Assembly: GCA_001303705.1 (NCBI GenBank)
Contig: LJUI01000030.1
Span: forward strand, 1-36,318
Direction: 5' to 3'
Length of the DNA stretch: 36,318 nucleotides
Origin: a candidate division TA06 bacterium SM23_40
Lineage (GTDB): Bacteria > LJUI01 > SM1-40
This document shows positions 17,748-27,283 of the stretch, piece by piece. The translations under genes and the position numbers were made by a program. The notes under the pieces were generated by a model. The model ran no database searches, had not been told where the DNA came from, and was given only the letters and a program-made list of their open reading frames with translations. Numbering within the stretch: position 1 is the first letter of the stretch; every line of letters starts with the position of its first letter.

Positions 17748-19094
17748 GTGGTGAGGGCAAGACCCGGCAGGAGGAGAAGAAGAAGGCCGAGGGTGAGACC
17801 CTCGACTCTGAGATTATCGAAGCGGAGGGCGCGGATATCAAGAGGGCAGGCGAGCTTCCTTCTGGGCGTGGGGCTCATGCTCGTTGCTGTCGGCTCGCTG
17901 CGCTGGGATTTTCGGACGAGGGCAACAGAGGAGGCTTCGATGGAAGTCGCCGTCCCGGCCGACGAGCCCGGCGACACCCTATCCGGTGTGGTCAGGCGTG
18001 CGGAGACGCTGTCGGAGGCCCTGGCGAGAAGCGGGATTGAACCGTATACGGCGCACGAGATCTTCTCCGCGCTTCGCGGGATCCTCGATTTCAGAAGATG
18101 TCAGCCGGGGGATCAGTTCATGGTTGTGCTCGATACCGACGGCGTGGTCGACTACTTCGAATACCGCACAGGGCCGATGGTCTCGTATGTTGTGGAACCA
18201 TCCCCTGAGGGGCTGCGGGGATACCGCTGCCAGGCACCCGTTGCGCGGCGCCTCGCCCTGGCTGCGGGGACCCTCGAGGAGTCTCTCTATCTGGCAATGC
18301 TGGAGCACGGCCATTCGCCGGAGTTTGTGTCGAAGTTCGCGGACATCTTTGCCTGGGATATCGACTTCTACACGGAGAGCCGGGATGGGGATCGGTTCAT
18401 CGCCCTATATGAAGAACTTTTCTCGGAGGGGAGGTGCATCGGGTACGGGGACATCATCTGCGCCAGATACTGGGGGAGGGAGGATCACTATGCCTTCCGG
18501 TACGTGGATCCTGAAGGGCATGCCGACTACTATGACGAGAACGGACGGTCGCTGCGGAAGGCGTTCCTCAGATCTCCCCTCAGCTATAGTCGCATCAGCT
18601 CGTTCTACAGTCGATCGCGGTTTCACCCCATCCTCAGGTACTACCGGCCGCACCACGGAATCGACTATGCCGCCCCGGTGGGCTCTCCCGTATCAGCTAT
18701 CGGCGATGGCGTCGTCGAGTTCGCAGGGTGGAACGGAGGATATGGCAAGTTCGTGCGCGTCAGGCACGCAAACGATTACAGGAGCGGGTATGGACACCTG
18801 TCGCAGATCGCGGCAGGGGTGCGGGCAGGCGGCAGGGTTGCACAGGGCGAAGTGATCGGATACGTCGGTTCGACCGGTCTTTCGACAGGGCCCCATCTGC
18901 ACTTCGAAATGAAGTACAAAGGGAGGTTTGTCGATCCGCTGAAGGTCAACCTGCCGGCTGCCAACCCGGTCCGGCCCGAGTTCATGGGCAACTTCGTTGT
19001 TCACCGTGATAGTCTGATGGCTATCATCTCCGGGGATGTGGAGACCCGGACAGCTCGATTGCCGGCGGGCAGCAGCTACACGGATGAGGGGTAG
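17748..19094 (+). CDS. M23 family peptidoglycan DD-endopeptidase (MepM/Csd-like)
   Basis: Basic N-terminus plus TM helix, FAWDIDF, RFHPIL...PHHGIDYAAP (HxxxD), YGHLS, STGPHLHFE (HxH). Confidence 0.92.
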   Translation: MVRARPGRRRRRRPRVRPSTLRLSKRRARISRGQASFLLGVGLMLVAVGSLRWDFRTRATEEASMEVAVPADEPGDTLSGVVRRAETLSEALARSGIEPYTAHEIFSALRGILDFRRCQPGDQFMVVLDTDGVVDYFEYRTGPMVSYVVEPSPEGLRGYRCQAPVARRLALAAGTLEESLYLAMLEHGHSPEFVSKFADIFAWDIDFYTESRDGDRFIALYEELFSEGRCIGYGDIICARYWGREDHYAFRYVDPEGHADYYDENGRSLRKAFLRSPLSYSRISSFYSRSRFHPILRYYRPHHGIDYAAPVGSPVSAIGDGVVEFAGWNGGYGKFVRVRHANDYRSGYGHLSQIAAGVRAGGRVAQGEVIGYVGSTGLSTGPHLHFEMKYKGRFVDPLKVNLPAANPVRPEFMGNFVVHRDSLMAIISGDVETRTARLPAGSSYTDEG

Positions 19095-19096
19095 CG

Positions 19097-20778
19097 ATGG
19101 AACAGCTGGCGGCAAAGCTGAAACGCATCGACGGTCGCGGGTATAAGGCGTACAAGTCGATCGCCGGCCGATATGCGTTCCCGAACTTCGAGTTGCACGT
19201 TGACCATGTCCAGGGTGATCCGTTCGCAGCTCCCTCCCGGATGAGGGTGCGAGTTGGCCGTGATACCGCTGGTTTCCCCAGGGAAACATACGCGGGCGAG
19301 AGCAGGAGGACGGCGCTCGAGGATTTCCTCACCCGTAGATACCGGGATGCCATCAACAGGACAGCGAAGGGACGGCGCGGTTCCGGTAAGAGCGGCACGA
19401 TCGGGATCATCCCGTGTGGTCAGGAGATCCTCAAGAGATCGTCGATGGTCGTCGACGACGAGTTCGTCGAGGCTCGGTTTGTCGTCGGCCTGCCGGCGCG
19501 TGGTCGGACGATCCTGGGCAAAGAGGCCGAGACGATCTTCTTCAAGGAGATCCCGCGCATCGTCGACGGGGCACTCCTGTTCGCTAATCTCGATGCTGAT
19601 CGGCTGTGGACTCATGTGAAGATCGCGGAGGATCAGGATTTCATCCGCCGCACCCTCCCGGACAAAGGGCTGGTCTCGTTTCTCGCTAATGTCTCGATCC
19701 TTCCCAGGCGGAGCGGTGTGGACGATCGGCCCATGGATCGGGAGACCGCCGTGCCTCTCTTCTCTCCTCCCTCGCTAGAGACCTCGTTCACCACGCCGAA
19801 TAGCGGTGTCGTGAACGGCATGGGGATTCCGGCAGGCGTGACGCTCATCGTCGGCGGCGGGTATCACGGGAAATCGACGCTCCTCCGCGCTGTCGAGCGC
19901 GGCGTCTATAACCAGATTCCCGAGGACGGGCGGGAGTTCGTCGTCACGAACCCGCATGCCGTGAAGATCCGGGCGGAAGATGGCCGCCGGGTGGAGAAGG
20001 TCGACATCTCCGACTTCATCGGTGACCTCCCCGGCGGGAAGAGCACAACTGCGTTCAGCTCGGACGATGCGAGCGGGAGCACCTCTCAGGCCGCGAACAT
20101 AGTGGAAGCCCTCGAGCTCGGCGCCGAGCTCCTGCTCATCGATGAAGACACCTCGGCCACCAATTTCATGATCAGGGATCATCGCATGCAGCTGCTAGTG
20201 GCCAAGGAGAAGGAGCCGATCACTCCATTCGTCGATCGCGTGCGGTCGCTGTACGGGCACCACGGGGTCTCGACGATCCTCGTGCTTGGCGGATCGGGCG
20301 ACTACCTCGATGTAGCCGACCTCGTGATCATGCTCGACGCGTACCGGCCGCGTGATGTAACGAGGGGGCGGAGAAGCCGCGCCGGCCTCGCCCGCGGGCT
20401 CCGCTCGCCCGGAGCTTCGACCCACGGCGGGGCAAGAAGGCGGTGAAGATCGATGCCAGGCGCATCGACACGATCTTCTACGGGTATGAGGAGCTCGATC
20501 TCTCCTATGTCGAGCAGATCGTCGACCTCGGTCAGACGAGAGCGGTCGGCGATGCGATCCACTACGCGGCACAACAGTATGTCGATGGCCGTCGGACCCT
20601 CAAACAGATCGTCGATCTGGTGATGCGCGACATCGATCGTGCAGGGCCCGATGTCATCAATCCGTTTCAGAGGGTGCCCTTCGGCGGGTACGTCGGCTTC
20701 AGAAAGTATGAGTTGGGCGCCGCGATCAACCGCCTTCGTACGTTGGTGGTGAAGTCGGGCTCGAGGCGCAGTCGCTGA
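19097..20778 (+). pseudogene. Predicted ABC-class ATPase (PF09818-type), frameshifted near 20362
   Basis: The first frame has HVQGDPFAAPS, GGGYHGKSTLL, ASGSTSQAA, LLIDEDTSATNFMIRD. After YRPRDVT the homologous-looking sequence continues in the -1 frame (..SFDPRRGKKAVKIDARR..DLSYVEQIVD..QTRA..ELGAAINRLR, stop at 20778). Confidence 0.8.
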
Positions 20779-20917
20779 TCTGCCCGCTCCTCCCGGCCGT
20801 CCGTGGGTGTTCGGTCGCCCGGTCGCTCGTCTGGTCGGCCGACTGCCAGATCCTCCGTTAGACCATCGATGCCCCGATACTGCATTCCACTCGCTGCCAT
20901 CCATTCGAGAGAGATCC

Positions 20918-22021
20918 ATGGCTCAGTGTCTCAGCTGCGGGAGCACGTCTCCTGAAATACCCGCGGTGCTCGGGCTCTGCCTCCGGTGTATCAGGGAAGG
21001 TACGGGGACGGCGGCGGACGTGGCCGCCGATGTCCACGCCAGAGCCCGCAGGTACTATGGGCTGCGGGAGGCCATCCCGGAGGATGATGAAGGTGTGCGG
21101 TGCGGAGTCTGCCGCAACAGATGTCTGATCGGAGAGGGGATGGCGGGATACTGCGGGCTGCGGGAGAACCGCGGCGGCCGGATCGTCGAGCTGGGCGGCA
21201 CCCCGGAGCGGGGATTTCTCGACTGGTACTACGATCCGATGCCCACTAACTGCGTGGCCGACTGGGTCTGCGCCGGCGGCAGCTCGGCAGGGTACCCGAC
21301 CTACTCCCGATCGCGCGGTCCTGAATACGGGTGTGTCAATCTCGCCGTCTTCTATCGAGCCTGCACGTTCGACTGCCTTTTCTGTCAGAACTGGCACTTC
21401 CGCGAGGGCGTAGGCGGAGGGCGGAGCACGAGCGCACACGAGCTGGCGGGGAAGGCATCGCCGCAGACGAGCTGCGTCTGCTTCTTCGGCGGAGACCCCA
21501 CACCTCAGATGCTCCACTCTCTGGCCGTGGCAGAGGAGGCGCTCGAGGCGGCCGGGGACAGACCGCTGCGCATCTGCTGGGAGACGAACGGATCGATGAG
21601 CCGTGTCCTCATGGCGAAGGCGGCGGAGGTCGCGCTCCGGTCCGGAGGGACGATCAAGATCGATCTCAAGACCTGGGATCCCAACCTGTCCCGGGCGCTC
21701 TGCGGCGTGGGCAACGAGCAGACGCTGGAGAACTTCGCCTTTGTCGCCTCGAAAATGGGGGAGCGGCCCGATCCTCCGCTCCTCGTCGCCTCCACGCTTC
21801 TCGTGCCTGGATACGTCGACGAGCAGGAGATATCATCGATCGCCCGATTCATCGCTTCGTGCAATCAGGACATCCCCTACGCGCTCCTCGCATTCCACCC
21901 CGCATTCGTCATGGACGACCTTCCTACCACAAGCCGCCGCCAGGCACAGGCCGCGGAAGCCGCCGCCCGGGCCGCCGGCCTCTCCCGCGTCCGCATCGGC
22001 AACATCCACCTCCTCACATGA
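20918..22021 (+). CDS. Radical SAM protein (PFL-activase/AmrS-related)
   Basis: ATG 20918. Two N-terminal CxxC, CGVCRNRC...GYCGLR, YYDPMPTNCVA, CTFDCLFCQNW, FFGGDP, CWETNG, RIGNIHLL. Confidence 0.9.
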   Translation: MAQCLSCGSTSPEIPAVLGLCLRCIREGTGTAADVAADVHARARRYYGLREAIPEDDEGVRCGVCRNRCLIGEGMAGYCGLRENRGGRIVELGGTPERGFLDWYYDPMPTNCVADWVCAGGSSAGYPTYSRSRGPEYGCVNLAVFYRACTFDCLFCQNWHFREGVGGGRSTSAHELAGKASPQTSCVCFFGGDPTPQMLHSLAVAEEALEAAGDRPLRICWETNGSMSRVLMAKAAEVALRSGGTIKIDLKTWDPNLSRALCGVGNEQTLENFAFVASKMGERPDPPLLVASTLLVPGYVDEQEISSIARFIASCNQDIPYALLAFHPAFVMDDLPTTSRRQAQAAEAAARAAGLSRVRIGNIHLLT

Positions 22022-22093
22022 CCGGGGACGAGCCAACCGGGGACGTTGGTAGGTTCAGAAGGTTACGGCGGGGACGTCCCTGGGATTTTGACC

Positions 22094-22122
22094 TTGACAA
22101 AGGTAATGGAGCGCAAAATAAT
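22094..22122 (+). promoter_or_regulatory. Putative sigma70 promoter of holA
   Basis: TTGACA(22094-22099)-N17-AATAAT(22117-22122). Confidence 0.65.
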
Positions 22123-22176
22123 TGAATTAGCATCTGTTCGTGCCGGCGAGGGTATGGCGTTGGGAGGGTTGCGACT

Positions 22177-23187
22177 ATGATCGTGAAATCCGAGCAGCTC
22201 ATGGCGGAGCTCTCGCGGGACAAGGTCGCCGCGGTTTATCTTCTGGCCGGGCCGGAGGATCTTCTCCGGCAGGAGGCGGTGGCTCGTCTCACACGATTGG
22301 TGCTGCGGGCGGGTGCTGAGGTGTTCGATCGGGACATACTCTATGGGGGCGAGGACGATCTTTCTAGGGTAGCCGGGCTTGCCGGCACACTCCCGATGTC
22401 GTCGCCCAAGCGGCTCGTCATCATCAAGCAGTTCGATCGAGCATCGCCGAAGGAGCAGCGTCTCATACTCGAATACGCTCAGCGCCCTTCTCCCATGACC
22501 TGTGTAGTGCTGGAATGTGATCGTGCGAATCTGCGGAGTGGGGTCTATCGGCAGCTCGCAGAGCACGCAGTCGCCACTATCTTCTGGCCGCCGTTCGAGC
22601 GACAGGCGAGAAGCTGGCTGGTGCGGCGCGCCAGGGGCGAGGGAGTCCGCCTTTCCCCCGAGGCTGCTGACCTGCTCCTTTCCGACGGGGGGGAGGGTCT
22701 GGCCGACCTCGCCGGCCAAGTCGAGAAGCTCGCACTGTACGCAGGTGCGGACGGCCATGTTTCAGCGGATGATGTCTCCGCTGTGGTCGGGTCCCCACAT
22801 GGTCGCAGCATCTTCGAGCTGTGCGATGCCGTCGGCACCGGGTCGCGTGCTCGGGCCTTCGAGATACTCGATCATCTGTGCAAGGTAGGTGAGGCGCCAT
22901 ATTATATAGTGAGTCTCCTTGGCAGGCACTTTCTCATCCTGTGGCGGGCCAAGATGATGATCGCGAGCGGCATGAGGGATGGGGTGGCCAGAAGGCTCGG
23001 ACTGAGCGAGCGAAACTTCCGCGGCTATGAACGTCAATGCGAGAGGCTGTCGCTACGACAGATACGGAAGGGCCTCGTACTCATCTTTCGGGCGGATCAG
23101 GCGTTGAAATCCGGGGCCCAGGATCGGACGACGATTCTGGACTCGCTCGTGTATGATCTTTCTAGTCTGAGTACGTCAGACGGCTAG
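22177..23187 (+). CDS. holA: DNA polymerase III delta subunit
   Basis: VYLLAGPEDLL, TLPMSSPKRLVII, EKLALY, SIFELCDAV, ADQALKSG; 336 aa; RBS GGGAGG. Confidence 0.9.
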   Translation: MIVKSEQLMAELSRDKVAAVYLLAGPEDLLRQEAVARLTRLVLRAGAEVFDRDILYGGEDDLSRVAGLAGTLPMSSPKRLVIIKQFDRASPKEQRLILEYAQRPSPMTCVVLECDRANLRSGVYRQLAEHAVATIFWPPFERQARSWLVRRARGEGVRLSPEAADLLLSDGGEGLADLAGQVEKLALYAGADGHVSADDVSAVVGSPHGRSIFELCDAVGTGSRARAFEILDHLCKVGEAPYYIVSLLGRHFLILWRAKMMIASGMRDGVARRLGLSERNFRGYERQCERLSLRQIRKGLVLIFRADQALKSGAQDRTTILDSLVYDLSSLSTSDG

Positions 23188-23252
23188 CGCCCGGCGGATT
23201 ACGCAATGGAGCCTGCCCAGTACGCGCGAGCGGGCATCGAAGGAGGAAAGAC

Positions 23253-24161
23253 ATGGGCGAGGAAGAGCTGGAGGAGGCTGCCGAACTCGACGTCGAGGAA
23301 CTCAAGGAGTTCGAGCGAGAGCGCGAAGATATCCTCCTGAAACTGGATCGCCTCGAGGAGAAGAGGGAGGAGTTCAAGAAGGCGGTCTATGACAAGGTGA
23401 AGGGTGACTACGAGAAGCGCCTCGAGGGGCTGTCGGCTCGTCTTGAGAAGAAGCGACGCGTCATAAGTGCAGAGATCATGCGTCTCAAGGATGAGAAGGC
23501 AGAACTCGGACGGCAGTGCGATATGATTCGGGACGAACTCGAAGAGCTCGATCTGCGACATGCTATCGAGGAATTCGACGATGCGGCCTATGAGAGCAAG
23601 GCCAGCGCCAAGAAGGACAGCCTGAAGGGGGCCGAGGAATGTCTCCGCGAGACAGAAGCCCAGCTCGAGTTCCTCGGGGGCCTCATAGGGGAGCCTGTGG
23701 CCGAAGAGGCGGAGGTGGCTGCTCCGGTGGGTGAGAAGGAAGAGGCCGAAAAGGAAGAGGCCGAGAAGGAAAAAGCGGAGGAGGAAAAGGTGGAGGAGAG
23801 GGAGGCGGAGAAAGAGGAGGAGGTAGTAGCAGAGAAAGAGGAGGAGGCAGTAGGAGAGAAGGAGGAATCTGAGGAGGAGGAGGCTGAGAAGGAAGAAACG
23901 CCGGAGGAGGTACCTTTACGGCCCACTTCGGCTCCGCCGGGAGTGATCAAGAGGGAAGAGTTCGAGGTGGAGCGCGGAGTGGAGCCGGAGCCAGTCGAGG
24001 CTGAAGCGAAAACAGAGGAAGCTGCGGTGGGTGATGCCGGGGAGGAGCCGACGCTCATCTGTCCCAAGTGTGGGGCGAGCAACAGGCCCGATAGCTGGTA
24101 CTGCGAGAAGTGCGGTGCCGAGCTCATGGGAAGCGCTGAGCCCGCAAGCCCCCCCAAGTAG
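23253..24161 (+). CDS. Acidic coiled-coil protein with C-terminal zinc ribbon
   Basis: RBS AGGAGG. N-terminal coiled coil, E-rich linker (EKEEA repeats), CPKCGASNRPDSWYCEKCG. Confidence 0.85.
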   Translation: MGEEELEEAAELDVEELKEFEREREDILLKLDRLEEKREEFKKAVYDKVKGDYEKRLEGLSARLEKKRRVISAEIMRLKDEKAELGRQCDMIRDELEELDLRHAIEEFDDAAYESKASAKKDSLKGAEECLRETEAQLEFLGGLIGEPVAEEAEVAAPVGEKEEAEKEEAEKEKAEEEKVEEREAEKEEEVVAEKEEEAVGEKEESEEEEAEKEETPEEVPLRPTSAPPGVIKREEFEVERGVEPEPVEAEAKTEEAAVGDAGEEPTLICPKCGASNRPDSWYCEKCGAELMGSAEPASPPK

Positions 24162-24261
24162 TGCGGATTGCATCGGGGAGCCCTATTGACCGCAGTCCAG
24201 GTCCGGGCGGAGATAAACGAATGGCGTTGCGGAGCGTGAGTGGGAGATGAGGCGCGACAGC

Positions 24262-26757
24262 ATGAGGGAGACAGTGGACCAGAGGATCTATCCATATGAA
24301 GAGGTCGAGCGGAAGTGGCGCGAGCACTGGGAGAGAATCGGCCTCTATACAACGCGCGATGACGACCGTCCTGAGTTCTATCAGCTTGTGATGTTCGCCT
24401 ATCCTTCGGGCGACGTCCACATGGGGCATTTCAGAAACTATGTGATCGGGGATCTCGTCGCGCGTTCCAAAATGATGCAGGGATACCGGGTACTCCACCC
24501 CTTCGGCTGGGATGCATTCGGCCTTCCTGCCGAGAATGCTGCTATCGAGCGCGGTATCCACCCGAGGGAGTGGACGCTGGGTAACATCGAGACGTCCCGG
24601 CAGACCCTGCGGAAGATAGCGATCAGCTACGACTGGGAGCGCGAGGTGATCACCTGCCTCCCAGATTACTACAGGTGGACGCAATGGCTGTTCCTTACCT
24701 TGTGGGAGCGCGACCTCGCGTACCGGGCAGAGGGGATGGTGAACTGGTGCCCGCAATGCCAGACTGTGCTCGCCAACGAGCAGGTCTCGGAGGGGCGCTG
24801 TGAGCGGTGCGAGACGCCGGTCCTCAAACGCGAACTCACGCAGTGGTACTTCCGCATCACGGCTTACGCTGACCGCCTCCTCGAGGATATCGATAACCTC
24901 GACGGCTGGCCCGACAGCATACGGACGATGCAGCGCAACTGGATCGGGCGCAGTGAAGGCACGGGGATCGATTTCCCGCTCGAATCGAAGGAACGGAAGC
25001 TCTCTGTCTTCACGACGAGGCCCGATACGATTTACGGCGTGACCTTCCTGACTCTCGCCCCGGAGAACCCACTCGTCAAGGAGCTCGTGCGGGGGACGGA
25101 GCGTGAGCGTGAGGTGACCGAGTACGTCGAGAAGGCTGTGGCGAAATCGGAGATAGAACGTGCCTCGATCGGCGCCAAAGACGGTGTCTTCACAGGGTGC
25201 TATGCTCTCCACCCCTTCTCCGGGGAGCGACTCCCTCTCTGGGTTGCAGACTACGTGCTCGCAACCTACGGGACCGGAATCGTGATGGGCGTCCCCGCCC
25301 ATGACCAGCGGGACTTCGAGTTCGCCAGGCGCTACGGGCTCGCCATCAGGGTCGTCATCGAGCCGGATTCCCGGACCCTGAGGGCCGAGGAGATGGAGGA
25401 GGCCTACGTCGATCCCGGAACGATGAGGAACTCGGATCAGTTCAACGGATGCCCCTCCGGGGAGGGGATCGAGAAGGTGACCGAGTACGCCATCGCCAAG
25501 GGGCTGGGGAGGCGGCGCGTCAACTACCGGCTGCGCGACTGGCTCATCTCCCGCCAGCGCTATTGGGGCGCTCCCATCCCCATGATCCACTGCCCCAAGT
25601 GCGGAATCGTGCCAGTGCCCATGTCCGAACTGCCCGTGGAGCTCCCCGTAGAGAATGTAGACTTCGTGCCCAAGGGGCGGTCGCCTCTCGCCGACATTCC
25701 TTCGTTCATAGAGGTCTCGTGCCCGACGTGCGGCGGCCCGGCAAAGCGGGATGCGGACACGATGGATACGTTCGTCTGCTCGTCGTGGTACTATCTCAGA
25801 TATCTCGACCCCAAGGATGAGGCAGAGCCGTTCACCAAGGAGCATGCCGCAGAGTGGCTCCCTATAGACCTGTACATCGGCGGAGCAGAACATGCGACCG
25901 GCCACCTCCTCTACTTCCGTTTCATCCACAAGGTGCTGTACGACGCGGGGCTGGTCCCGACGGACGAGCCGACTGAGCGTCTGTACAATCATGGAATGGT
26001 CCTCGATGCCGAGGGTTACGTCATGTCGAAGTCCCGCGGGAACGTCACGTCTCCTGCGAGCGTGATGGACGAAAACGGTGTCGATTCATCGAGACTGGGT
26101 ATGCTCTTCGCGGCTCCTCCTGACAGGGAGATAGAATGGACCGGGAGGGCGGGGAGTGGCGCCGCACGATTCCTCGACCGCCTGTGGCGCCTGGCCAACG
26201 ACCACATGGAACAGCTCCGGCAGTTCGATCCCGACTCCCTGCCCGAGCGTATCGATCCGACTGCTCTGAGCGGGGATGAACGGGATCTGTACCGTGAGCT
26301 CAATGTGATGTTGAAGCGCGTCTCCGACGATGTCGAGTCGCTCGATCTGAATACCGCCATCGCCGCAATGATGGAATTCCTCAATTCGCTGTACAGATTC
26401 AAGGCAACATCGAGCAGGATATTCCTACTCTCCCTGCGCAGGCTGGTGCACGCTCTTGCCCCATTCGCACCGCACATCGCCGAGGAGCTGTGGCATCGGA
26501 TGGGGAATGACGAGACCGTCTTCACGTCAGGGTGGATCTCGTACGACGAAGCCGCCACCGAGCAGGAGCTAATTACCATCGCCGTTCAGGTAAACGGGAA
26601 GGTGCGCTCGCGGCTCGAAGTCGCTCGGGATGCGGGTGAGGAGGAAATCCGCGAGCTCGCTCTGGCCGACGCGAGAGTGAAGCAGCACACCAAGAACAAG
26701 ACTGTCAGGAACGTAGTTGTCGTCCCCCGCAGGCTCGTGAATATCGTCACCTCCTGA
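24262..26757 (+). CDS. leuS: Leucyl-tRNA synthetase
   Basis: MFAYPSGDVHMGH (HIGH), GWDAFGLPAENAA, FTTRPDT, GTGIVMGVPAHDQRD editing motif, VMSKS, VQVNGKVR. Start could also be 24247 or 24274. Confidence 0.98.
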   Translation: MRETVDQRIYPYEEVERKWREHWERIGLYTTRDDDRPEFYQLVMFAYPSGDVHMGHFRNYVIGDLVARSKMMQGYRVLHPFGWDAFGLPAENAAIERGIHPREWTLGNIETSRQTLRKIAISYDWEREVITCLPDYYRWTQWLFLTLWERDLAYRAEGMVNWCPQCQTVLANEQVSEGRCERCETPVLKRELTQWYFRITAYADRLLEDIDNLDGWPDSIRTMQRNWIGRSEGTGIDFPLESKERKLSVFTTRPDTIYGVTFLTLAPENPLVKELVRGTEREREVTEYVEKAVAKSEIERASIGAKDGVFTGCYALHPFSGERLPLWVADYVLATYGTGIVMGVPAHDQRDFEFARRYGLAIRVVIEPDSRTLRAEEMEEAYVDPGTMRNSDQFNGCPSGEGIEKVTEYAIAKGLGRRRVNYRLRDWLISRQRYWGAPIPMIHCPKCGIVPVPMSELPVELPVENVDFVPKGRSPLADIPSFIEVSCPTCGGPAKRDADTMDTFVCSSWYYLRYLDPKDEAEPFTKEHAAEWLPIDLYIGGAEHATGHLLYFRFIHKVLYDAGLVPTDEPTERLYNHGMVLDAEGYVMSKSRGNVTSPASVMDENGVDSSRLGMLFAAPPDREIEWTGRAGSGAARFLDRLWRLANDHMEQLRQFDPDSLPERIDPTALSGDERDLYRELNVMLKRVSDDVESLDLNTAIAAMMEFLNSLYRFKATSSRIFLLSLRRLVHALAPFAPHIAEELWHRMGNDETVFTSGWISYDEAATEQELITIAVQVNGKVRSRLEVARDAGEEEIRELALADARVKQHTKNKTVRNVVVVPRRLVNIVTS

Positions 26758-26930
26758 CACTCCCCTCCGCCACGTGCCGATCGGTCGCCTCCGGCCGGGG
26801 GAGTCCCCGGACGTACCATAAGTGTTCATGTGCGCCGAGCTTCGGATTCTCAAAGGCGTGCGCCTGTGACGGAGGGAGACCGCCCCTGCGAGCACCGGCT
26901 CCCTGTGCGACGCCGCGGAGCATCTCGACG

Positions 26931-26966
26931 GGCGCACTGCAGCGGACAGGCGCACTGCAGCGGACA
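26931..26966. repeat. Perfect 18-bp tandem duplication GGCGCACTGCAGCGGACA x2
   Basis: Identical copies at 26931-26948 and 26949-26966 in the leuS-tRNA spacer. Confidence 0.85.
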
Positions 26967-27024
26967 GACGCCCTGTATGAGGGCATGTACCGTGCCCGCG
27001 AGCATCCTCCCTGCAAACAAACGC

Positions 27025-27053
27025 TTGACAAGCGCGTGGTTGCGTGGTACAAA
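27025..27053 (+). promoter_or_regulatory. Putative sigma70 promoter of tRNA-Arg/tadA
   Basis: TTGACA(27025-27030)-N17-TACAAA(27048-27053), with an extended -10 TG. Confidence 0.7.
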
Positions 27054-27100
27054 GAGCCTGCGACAGCAATAAGTGCAGGCAGTTCATCACGATTTGGGCC

Positions 27101-27177
27101 GCGCCCGTAGCTCAACTGGATAGAGCAACGGACTACGAATCCGTAGGTTAGAGGTTCGAATCCCCTCGGGCGCGCCA
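27101..27177 (+). tRNA. tRNA-Arg(ACG)
   Basis: Acceptor stem GCGCCCG/CGGGCGC, anticodon stem ACGGA/TCCGT with loop CT-ACG-AA, GGTTCGAATCC, encoded CCA. Confidence 0.97.
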
Positions 27178-27283
27178 TATGTATATTCATTTTGTCTCTG
27201 GATCCGGGCGGCGAGCAATGCTTACCCCTTTTGGACCGGATCGAGGCGCTTAACAGATCTCCACTACGACGACTCCCGATCGA

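Noticed and set aside
22021-22077. Three CGGGGACG copies after the radical SAM gene
   Set aside because: Short, GC-rich and irregularly spaced, so not distinguishable from chance or local slippage.
24162-24261. T-box or promoter upstream of leuS
   Set aside because: Too short for a T-box, and TTGACC at 24186 has no properly spaced -10.
24124-25992. 622-aa minus-strand ORF (also 7935-9110, 3934-5061, 33170-34255 and 29750-30667)
   Set aside because: Antisense shadows of well-supported genes, typical of GC-rich DNA, with no recognisable motifs.
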